The notes under the pieces: generated by a model
Told to the model about the DNA's origin: nothing
Databases searched by the model: none
What the model saw: only the letters and a program-made list of their open reading frames with translations
Program-made: the position numbers and the translations under genes
Part shown: positions 1 to 7,900 of the stretch, one piece after another
Layout: each line of letters begins with the position of its first letter
Numbering within the stretch: position 1 is the first letter of the stretch
DNA from: Zygophlyctis sp. KS116
Taxonomy: Eukaryota; Fungi; Chytridiomycota
DNA: 8,661 bases
Direction of reading: 5' to 3'
Assembly (NCBI GenBank): GCA_054661495.1
Contig: BAAFSQ010000372.1
Coordinates: 1-8,661 of the forward strand

Positions 1-2548
1 AAAAAAAATGTCCTTCGAAAGATTCCAAACATTGTTTTTTTGAAGTATCATGATAATCACTAATCCTTTTTCTTGTAATGATTTTTTCGTTTGTAAATTC
101 AGAAATAAGTGATTTGCGTGGACCTTTTTTGGCAAACTTTGATGGGTGCTGTTTTGGAGAGTTTCTATCTTTAGATGCGCTATTATTGGCAGTAACAATC
201 CTTGAAGCAGCTCGGGTGATCCGCCGATCAGGGCTTATAAATGGTACAGCCTCTTTACGATTAAACTGTATGAATTACCTTGATTTGTTTTAAAAAATGA
301 TTCAATTTCATTTTCTACAATAGAATTGATAGTATTGACATTATCAATAGTATTGGCAGAAGTGACTTGATGTGGTTGAGCCTTTGGCTGTTCTTCATCA
401 GATGAATCATAATGATAAGCGCCAGATAATGAAATCAAAGGCCTACATTCGGCTTGGTCCATATTGTCTTGATGTAAAAAACTATTTTCCTTTTCTTCTG
501 CGTCATGCATTTCCGATTCAAATATGGACTCTAGAAAATCATTATAGTTGATATTTTCGATTTGGTCGGTCGATTCGGCAGTATTGGTGAAAATCGGATC
601 CCAGTCTGAAGTGGGATTGTACAATGACCCCGTATCTGTAAATATTTCTTGCAGAAATGAATGTGATTCATTTTGGTGCTGATGAAAGGCAGATGTTGGG
701 TAAGGCAGTTGGTTAGATTCTTTTCTGAACGATGTCTGAACATTGGTAGATATATGCGAGCTATGTATAGGAGTTGAAAAAGGAGATGTATTTGATTCAA
801 TTGGCGTCTGTGAAATTAGAAAAAAAATATACGCGAATCAGTAGTGGGGGGAGCGAGAGAAGATTTGCATTTACATACATGCATTTTCTTGGCGATTTAC
901 GAGTAGGCCTAGATCCATGAGCTCCTTTATTCTGATTTCCAGCATCGGTACTGCGTAGATTTAACCAAGTCACATCAATTTCACCAAGAAGATATAATTC
1001 ATCCCATACTTGCTTTAAGAGAGTGGTGGGATATGTCCCAAAGAAAGTCCGCACAGTCACTCTAAATCTCTTGCCAAACTTTCTATATCCCTATTGTTAC
1101 TATATCATAAGATACCTCGACTATCAGCTCTCTCTCAGTCACAAGCAATGGCTTGAATGGCTGAAGCCATAGTGTCTATTACATTTATTCTATAATTTAA
1201 TACCTTAATTTTTTCCATTCCTTTTGAAGCCTTTCGGTATTTGACATTTTGAAACTTTCTTCGAATTTGAGTGGCTGTCTTTGTTGGTAAGTAAAATGCT
1301 CTAACTGAAGCGAAATCCGAGAATCCAAAAGACAGTAATCCCAGATAAAATAGCTCGATTTCAAACGTAGAAAAATCATAAATGTCGGATTCAACAACAG
1401 GTATAATTTCGGGTATTAATTTCGTATCAAATATCCCAGAGAAAACATTCAGAGTATTTTTTATCGATTCTGTCAACTGAACACTTTTTAGCTGTTTAGT
1501 CCTTTTTTTTGTGCTATTAGTAGGACTCTCTTTTGCTTCTAGAAAACGAGATTTAACTTTTGGCTGAACTGCAATTTTTAAATTGTACTTGAAGTCTATA
1601 GAGTCTTGTGATGCAGTGTCCGATGAAATACTAAATATCTTGGGAAGTAGATCCAGTCCTTTGATATTAAATAAAGAATTTTCCCCCGTGGAAAATTTCC
1701 CCCATTCTGAAAGGTCCATCAATTCTTTCTACAAATTAAAATTAGCAATTACTAATTCTTTCTTCCAGTAATCTGTCTTACTATTCAATTGACCGTGAGT
1801 TTCTTTAATAATTGAGTATGTTTGAACTGTTAATTGGAAAAAACTATTTAATTGATTTCGAACAGCATTTAATTGTTCGCCACTGAATTTTTGCCTATGA
1901 ATTTAAAAAAGGGGTGCATTACTTTATAGAGAATGCCCAGTTAGGTTCTACTGTTGTACAACTTGGAATAATCCCCTTTTCCTCATCAGCCATCATTTCC
2001 ACCGTTTCTTGAAAGAGATCATCAACTTCCCATCCTAAAATTAATAAAAAATATATACTTGGTATTTTAATCGAACTGAATTCATGCCTTTTTTCTATTT
2101 CTTCATCGGGACCCACTAACGAATCTGAAGCTTCTTCATTGACGTAAGTTTGTAATGGCGAAGTAAACGACTGGATTTTAGAATTTTCAGAGTTGAAAAA
2201 GTCTAGAAATGATTCAATTGGTTCTGTTTTAACTGGTAAATTACTTAATGGTTGCTTTTTTCGTGGTGAAGAATAAGGAGCGTAATTTGCCGTTTTGACT
2301 TTTTCCAATAAAGCAGTTGATTTGACAAAGGAATTAGACTTCTTAACATGTTTTAAGTCTTTTCTTATCTGAAATTGGTAGTTTGAGAGAGTTATGCCGC
2401 GTTCCGAGAGAGTCTTGTATCTAGCGGCACATTCAAGAGCACTTTTACCAGGAAATGCAGTGGATATAAATTGCCATTTTTCCGAATGTTTCTCGTATGC
2501 CTGTAGCAGAAGAGTATCTTGAAAGCAGCTCCATACTTTTTGCGACAT
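1..2548 (-). CDS. GON-4-like (GON4L/YY1AP1/DUO3 family) nuclear regulator with N-terminal SANT/Myb repeat; 3'-partial, >=789 aa, 8 exons
   Basis: Manual splice model (minus): exons 2548-2059, 2034-1923, 1894-1753, 1728-1204, 1175-1116, 1090-833, 807-279, 252-<1 give one open frame joining ORFs 1919..2599, 1135..1722, 797..1060 and 235..624. N-terminal WSCFQDTLLLQAYEKHSEKWQFISTAFPGKSALECAARY is a Myb/SANT repeat. Blocks IKIPRWEVDDLFQET, FSGEQLNAVRNQLNSFFQLTVQTY, FSTFEIELFYLGL...FYLPTKTATQIRRKFQN and PLLVTERELIVEG...TLLKQVW recall, in order, conserved GON4L/DUO3 blocks (from memory). ATG 2548 preferred over GTG 2599. Confidence 0.72.
253..278 (-). other. Spliceosomal intron, 26 nt (GON4L-like intron 7)
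   Basis: GTAATTCATACAGTTTAATCGTAAAG; removal opens the frame to the window edge. Confidence 0.7.
808..832 (-). other. Spliceosomal intron, 25 nt (GON4L-like intron 6)
   Basis: GTATATTTTTTTTCTAATTTCACAG; joins ORF 797..1060 to the frame of ORF 235..624. Confidence 0.82.
1091..1115 (-). other. Spliceosomal intron, 25 nt (GON4L-like intron 5)
   Basis: GTATCTTATGATATAGTAACAATAG; gives RELIVE|GYRKF. Confidence 0.8.
1176..1203 (-). other. Spliceosomal intron, 28 nt (GON4L-like intron 4)
   Basis: GTATTAAATTATAGAATAAATGTAATAG; gives EKIK|TLWLQPFKPL. Confidence 0.8.
1729..1752 (-). other. Spliceosomal intron, 24 nt (GON4L-like intron 3)
   Basis: GTAATTGCTAATTTTAATTTGTAG; removes an in-frame TAG and gives WKKEL|KELMDL. 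Confidence 0.8.
1895..1922 (-). other. Spliceosomal intron, 28 nt (GON4L-like intron 2)
   Basis: GTAATGCACCCCTTTTTTAAATTCATAG; contains the apparent stop of ORF 1919..2599 and links it in frame to exon 1894-1753. Confidence 0.78.
2035..2058 (-). other. Spliceosomal intron, 24 nt, in-frame and stop-free (GON4L-like intron 1)
   Basis: GTATATATTTTTTATTAATTTTAG; very AT-rich; removal gives IKIPRWEVDDL. Confidence 0.75.
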
Positions 2549-2791
2549 CTTAATGAAATGTCCGAATTTTAATGATTTTCGCGCTGCGGCCGACGGCACA
2601 ATTTGCTCAGGACATGATTTTCAAAGACCAGACAAATAACTTGATCCTTGAATCAAAAATGTAAATATTCATAAAAATGAATCAATGATCCATCATATGA
2701 CATGATTATATTATTAATATCAGTTTGCAAACCAATAATTCGGCAAAGTCGGAACCAATTTGAATCAAAATATTTTGTCCGAAAATATACA
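2549..2791. promoter_or_regulatory. Divergent (bidirectional) promoter region between the GON4L-like gene and CDC7
   Basis: 243 nt between head-to-head start codons. It contains a GC-rich patch at 2580-2598. Confidence 0.7.
2577..2584 (+). promoter_or_regulatory. Candidate E2F site TTTCGCGC, overlapping SCB-type CGCGAAA on the minus strand
   Basis: Exact match to the E2F consensus TTTSSCGC in an AT-rich promoter upstream of a G1/S gene. Function is inferred. Confidence 0.5.
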
Positions 2792-4126
2792 ATGACCAAA
2801 ACTACAAGAAAAAAGACTGTTGAGGAGAATGAAGAGAATGATGCAGCTGTATTAGAAGAATTTCATGACTTTTACAAAGACGTCCCTTCTCTTTCTTCCC
2901 ATTACAAGCTAATTTCAAAGATTGGAGAAGGTAAAATGAATTCTTTTACTCTAGGGACTTTTAGTTCTGTATACAAGGCCATTGATTTGAATCATCACCT
3001 ATATGATAATAATTTATGGTGTGAGGACCATGAAACTAAATCATGCAATCGTTTAGTTGCTTTAAAAAGAATTTATGTAACTTCAAGCCCAGAAAGAATT
3101 CTAAATGAATTGGGGATTTTACATCTGCTAAAGTAATTTATATAATTTTTAACTCAAGTGGACATCCTCGAGTTGTGCCGATAGTTACTGCACTTCGACA
3201 CGAGGATCAAGTCATTGCAGTGTACGAGAAGAATACTAATATTATAGAATGCCTTATTTTCAACATGAAGACTTTAGAGATTATTATCTAGACTTGTCAG
3301 ATGATGAAATCAAACAATATATGAAAACTTTATTACAAGCAATGAACTACATTCATTCTAGATACATTATACATCGGGATGTTAAACCTTCAAACTTTCT
3401 ATACAGTCGGACAAAAAGAAGAGGTGTTTTAGTAGACTTTGGATTGGCACAAGTAAGATTTATTATCTAAATTTTTTAGTTGGAATTTGAAAAAAGAGAA
3501 AGAGATTGGGCAAATTACAGTGCTCCTGTAAAGTCTCCTCCAAAATCTCCATTTAATCCTGAAAAACACTTGTCTAGAAAAGATTTAGGATATATTATTA
3601 ATGATCCCAGGTATTTCTCCTTAAAAATTAAATCAAGACCCGCCATACGGGCTAATCGAGCAGGAACTAGAGGATTTAGAGCACCAGAAGTTTTATTCAA
3701 AGTCACTGATCAAACCAATGGTAATTTATCAAAACTCAAAAATTTAGCCATTGATATTTGGAGTTGTGGAGTAATTTTCTTGAGTATTTTAAGTGGAATG
3801 TTTCCATTCTTTGCGTCTAATGATGATTTAGAAGCCATCATGGAAATATCACACATATTTGGAAAAAGAGAAATGGAGAAATTATCTCATAAACTGGGTA
3901 AAATTCTATATTTTATAATCTAAATTTAGGACGATGTTTCTATACCAATCTCCCATCTATCAACAAACCTCAATCTTTGCGAGACATAATCATACAATTT
4001 AATCCTAAACGGCGCACATTTCCTGCAGATGGATTTGATTTACTAGAGAGGATGCTGGAATTAGATCCCTCTGAGAGAATCATTGCCATGGAAGCGCTTG
4101 AATCTCATCCTTATTTCCAAGAATAA
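2792..4126 (+). CDS. CDC7: Cell division control protein 7 (Cdc7/Hsk1, DDK catalytic subunit) Ser/Thr kinase, 381 aa, 8 exons
   Basis: Exons 2792-2930, 2955-3132, 3159-3221, 3248-3452, 3480-3610, 3638-3720, 3748-3897, 3930-4126 (1146 nt). The spliced protein has KIGEGTFSSVYKA, VALKRIYVTSSPERILNEL, LRHEDQVIAVMPYF, IIHRDVKPSNFL, LVDFGLAQ, RANRAGTRGFRAPEVL, AIDIWSCG and HPYF, which are diagnostic Cdc7 motifs. Confidence 0.96.
2931..2954 (+). other. Spliceosomal intron, 24 nt, in-frame and stop-free (CDC7 intron 1)
   Basis: GTAAAATGAATTCTTTTACTCTAG; removal restores GEGTFS. Confidence 0.93.
3133..3158 (+). other. Spliceosomal intron, 26 nt (CDC7 intron 2)
   Basis: GTAATTTATATAATTTTTAACTCAAG; gives LHLLNGHPRVVP. 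Confidence 0.9.
3222..3247 (+). other. Spliceosomal intron, 26 nt (CDC7 intron 3)
   Basis: GTACGAGAAGAATACTAATATTATAG; gives QVIAVMPYF. Confidence 0.9.
3453..3479 (+). other. Spliceosomal intron, 27 nt (CDC7 intron 4)
   Basis: GTAAGATTTATTATCTAAATTTTTTAG, directly after DFGLAQ. Confidence 0.92.
3611..3637 (+). other. Spliceosomal intron, 27 nt, in-frame and stop-free (CDC7 intron 5)
   Basis: GTATTTCTCCTTAAAAATTAAATCAAG; removal gives NDPRPAIRANRAGT. Confidence 0.82.
3721..3747 (+). other. Spliceosomal intron, 27 nt, in-frame and stop-free (CDC7 intron 6)
   Basis: GTAATTTATCAAAACTCAAAAATTTAG; removal gives QTNAIDIWS. Confidence 0.9.
3898..3929 (+). other. Spliceosomal intron, 32 nt (CDC7 intron 7)
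   Basis: GTAAAATTCTATATTTTATAATCTAAATTTAG; gives KLGRCFYTNLP. Confidence 0.9.
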
Positions 4127-4127
4127 A
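4122..4127 (+). terminator. Possible poly(A) signal AATAAA overlapping the CDC7 stop codon
   Basis: gAATAAAcc with the TAA stop at 4124-4126; only 38 nt separate this stop from the next ATG. Confidence 0.3.
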
Positions 4128-4164
4128 CCATAATAGTGAACTTGCCCTAGCATTTAGCGTTTGA

Positions 4165-4943
4165 ATGAAAGCGTCGAGACTCTTGTTTAAAGGAGACTCA
4201 AAGCCATACCGCCGCAAGAAAAAGACTATAGTAGAGACTCCTGAATCAGAAATTCCTAGCGGATGGATTCAAGCCAAAACCATAATTTCCGGTCCTTGCA
4301 TGATAGTATCTTGTTTTCCTTTTGGACTAGCGGCTCTTGCAGTCGATCCTCAATTTAAACTGTACTGGATTCCTTTAAATCCCAATGACCCCATTGAACC
4401 TACTCAAGTGAATCAAGTCTTTGTACTAAAACAGATTTTAGACTCTAAACAGATTTTACTCAAGAGTTGTTTTGATAGACATTTAGGAATTGATTCTAAT
4501 GGATCCGTTGAATGCGATAAAGAAGCTGCAGGCATGAATCATCAATGGGAAATTATAAAAGAGTCTGAATGCAAGTTTTCTTTCAAATCATTTTTGGCAA
4601 GTTTTCTAACTGTAGATTTTGCTCTAGACTCTGATAATTTCAAAAAGGCTAAACTAAAGAGTGATTCTTGTAAATCTGAAAACTCTTGTTTCTCAATTTA
4701 TATTCAAGCATCGTCATTTATTTCTACTACTGCAAAAAAAGAAGTAGATTGGGTAGATATAGAAGCTGAAAAACTAAAGTCTTCACATGGACATACTCTA
4801 GGAAAAGTAAAACTTTACAAGGATTTAGGATCTGGATTATCAGAATCTATTAAAAAAGGAAATGTTAATGAGACATTATTGGAAAGAAGATCTAAAATGA
4901 AGAGCGACAAGGTATTTTATCTATATAATGTTAGTTTTGTTGA
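4165..4943 (+). CDS. FRG1: FRG1-like family protein (fascin-like beta-trefoil, RNA processing/actin binding), 251 aa, 2 exons
   Basis: N-terminal LLFKGD followed by a basic NLS-like RRKKK; central EPTQVNQVF and LKSCFDRHLGID...EAAG. Removing intron 4912-4934 gives the family-type C-terminus ETLLERRSKMKSDKFC* (exons 4165-4911, 4935-4943). Confidence 0.88.
4912..4934 (+). other. Spliceosomal intron, 23 nt (FRG1; shortest in window)
   Basis: GTATTTTATCTATATAATGTTAG; gives KSDK|FC*. Confidence 0.85.
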
Positions 4944-4999
4944 GTTTAAATATAAAGTATTTTGTCAGTTTGACGCTAAAGGGTTTTGAGGTTTTTGAA

Positions 5000-7900
5000 A
5001 TGGAGGAATTATACTCTCCAAAACGTCATCAGACAAGATTAGCAAACAAGAAGAATAGTGGGGCAGCAGATGAAATTTCAGAATCTACAAATTCAAAGTT
5101 TACTGAACCAAGGCGAATAGAACGGGGATTGTCTGAATCTGCATTTGCATTGCCGATAGAACGTGTCTGGACACATAATTCATACATTTTACGGACTTCT
5201 AGAAAGAATGACACAGATCAGATTCTATTAGATCAATTAAGTCTTTCTGCAGAGGAAGTACGAGACACTAAATCATTTGAGAAGCGATTTATTTTCTTAA
5301 GAGGACCGTTAACCAGCTATAATTCTATTAGAGAAACGCTTCATCTTTTAAAGGAGTCGAGAAGGCAGAAGGATTTGTCGGCTTTTGAACAATTGTACAA
5401 ATCTCCAATATTATTCATGACTAAATTATTATTGGCAATTAGAACTTTTTTTAGAAGCTCTAAAAGGGTGCTTTTTGTTACGATTGTGGATTTCTTTGTG
5501 GATTTTATATTTTGTGTAACGTATCTTGTAGAAGTTAGTTATGATTTGGCAAAAGTGGATGATTATCCTTATATTCAGGGTCTTCCAGAGTATTTTAGAG
5601 TTTATCGTACAAATGGATTAATGACTGTTATATTCTGTTGTGCAGTTTGGAATTTATTATCCTGGATTGGAAGAATGACATATGTAACAGTTCTTATATA
5701 AAAAAAATAGACTACGGATTGGATAAAGACATTCTTTTCATGGTATACATTTTTAGATTTGATTATTTCTGTTCCAGTGATTGCATTCTTCTTTATTCCC
5801 TATGGAATTTACATTTATGTTCCTTATTTCTTAAGGGCTTTGGTGGTAGTTCGAAGATTTGAAGAATTTATAATTCAAAGAAGTAATTGGGGATTCTTTT
5901 TACCAATTTCATTTTCTAATGATCTTTGGGGGTATGCACAGGAGAGGCTTTATGTTATTATTGCAAGAATGTTGACCCTCATTTATCTATCTCTTTGTGC
6001 ATTTCACTATGCTGAATTTAATTTTGGACAGTCAAATCGGACACTTACACTCATGCAATCATTTTACTTTGTCATTATTACCATGTCGACGGTTGGATAT
6101 GGTGATATCGTTCCAACTACATCTTTTGGAATGTGGATTGTATTGCTTACAATCGTGATTGCATTAGGAATCCTGCCGGGTTTGATAACCGCTCTAGTAG
6201 AAATTATAAATGGAAGAGCAGAAGGGAGAGGTAATTTTATAGCAAAGACTGGTAAGCCGTTTATTGTTGTTTGTGGAAAGTTCACATCATCACATGAATT
6301 GATAGATGTTTTAAATGAATTTTATTGGCGGAAAATGAACAGTTCTGCGCAATTTAGATTAGTGCTCCTATCATCTACTCCTGCCAATGATTCTATTAAG
6401 ACTGTTATTAATCAGAATCTATTAAGGGATGCTATTAGTTTTTTCCATGGATCGGCTTTACAGGAGGCGGATCTTGTTCGTATAAAGTTGGAACATGCTG
6501 CAGCTGCATTTATCATTCCTGATCGCCATAATTCCAATCTTCAGGGAGAATCTGACAAAGTTGTGCTAAGAACTCTAGCATTTGATAATTATGCGCCTGA
6601 AACACCATTATACGTGTATAATGTGCTCCCCGAAACATCTTCGCTCCAAGAAAAAATATCTGCAGCTTCTATTTGCTTAGAGAGTTTAAAGCAGATTTTA
6701 GCAGCATATAGTTGTATTTATCGAGGATCAAGTACTCTCATGATTAACTTGCTCCGCCAAACGGCATTAAAAGACTCGTAAGCACTTAGCTATTTAACTA
6801 AAAGATATGATGAGGCTTGGCAGGCTCAATATGGTACCACTGCTTTCTAATTTTTAGGGGATGGAACTAACAATAATATATTCCTAGCGAAAATCAATCC
6901 TATATTTGCCGGCAAACCGTTCTCAGAAGTTGCTAATGTTTTGTATCAAGAATTCCAATTGATATTCTTTGCTGTATCTACTCAGATTCGTGATCGGAAG
7001 CATTTAATGCTGAATCCAGGACTGAACTATAGACTTCGCGCTACTGACGAATGTTTTTATATTGCAGCTCAACATTCGGAAGTAGATAAGATTACAAATC
7101 TAGTAATTATTCGGTACACTGACATTTAGAAAGAAGAAAAAATGAAAAGATTTTATGATCGATACCCAAAGACAGCCTCGGTGGATAATACTTTAGGTCG
7201 TTCAACATCCAAAATTGTTATTCCTGATTTTGGAGATTTTTCTGTGAGTGTGCCAAAAACTTTAAGTAGGATTCGAAATAGTAATTCACTTCTTTATTCT
7301 GACATTTAGATTTGCCGCTATGTAAATTACTTCATAATCCTGCAAAACTTGAAGATAAGATTATAGAAGATGCCACTCACTGGAAGGATCACATTTTATT
7401 GTGTACCAGGGCATTAAATATCGTCTTGTTTCTTTCCACTCTTCGCTCGATATCTATTAGCGCTGAAGAATACAAGATTGTTTTAGTCTTGATAGATTCA
7501 CTGCCGAATGAAGAAGGAGCAGAGGAAATATTACAATTCCCAGGAGTATATTTGATGCTGGGAGATTCAAGAAAAAAGAAGGACTTAATTAAAGCCGGGA
7601 TCAATGGTGCTGACAAGATCATGCTATTGAATCTTGGCTCCTCTGTAGACGCAGATGATGAAGAAGGTGAATATGTTGATAGTAATACCATGTAAACTTT
7701 TCCTTCAATCTCATATTTTAGTATGGTGTCCCATTTAATTCACTCAATGTTTGTGGGATCAAACAAGAAATACGTAATTAATGACTTGCGTAACATAATA
7801 TATTTCTTATTAATCAAATAGAGGAAACAGAAGATGTCAAGTTTCTACGTCCAACTTCTCTAAAGTATAAAAAACGTAAAATACTGAAAAAAGATCGAGT

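Noticed and set aside
1919-2599. Stand-alone 226-aa Myb protein with a GTG start
   Set aside because: Its stop lies inside intron 1895-1922 and the frame continues; ATG 2548, directly before the SANT repeat, is the likelier start.
2607-2615. Tiny uORF ATG-TCC-TGA upstream of the GON4L-like gene (minus strand)
   Set aside because: The TSS is unknown and such a short ORF is expected by chance.
2702-2791. N-terminal extension of CDC7 from ATG 2702
   Set aside because: AT-rich with no Cdc7-like character; ATG 2792 is preferred, though the extension is not strictly excluded.
4136-4157. Possible 22-nt intron GTGAAC...TTTAG between CDC7 and FRG1, or a CDC7-FRG1 fusion
   Set aside because: The donor is not GTA like all others, and it lies after the CDC7 stop, so it cannot fuse the frames.
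4928-4999. Apparent overlap of the FRG1 ORF (to 4989) with the channel ORF (from 4928)
   Set aside because: ATG 4928 lies inside the FRG1 intron, and spliced FRG1 stops at 4943.
78-7691. Small antisense or alternate-frame ORFs (78..293, 531..800, 1197..1397, 1583..1771, 3515..3706, 5029..5214, 5638..5862, 6064..6285, 7389..7691)
   Set aside because: They are shadows of the real coding exons and have no recognisable motifs.
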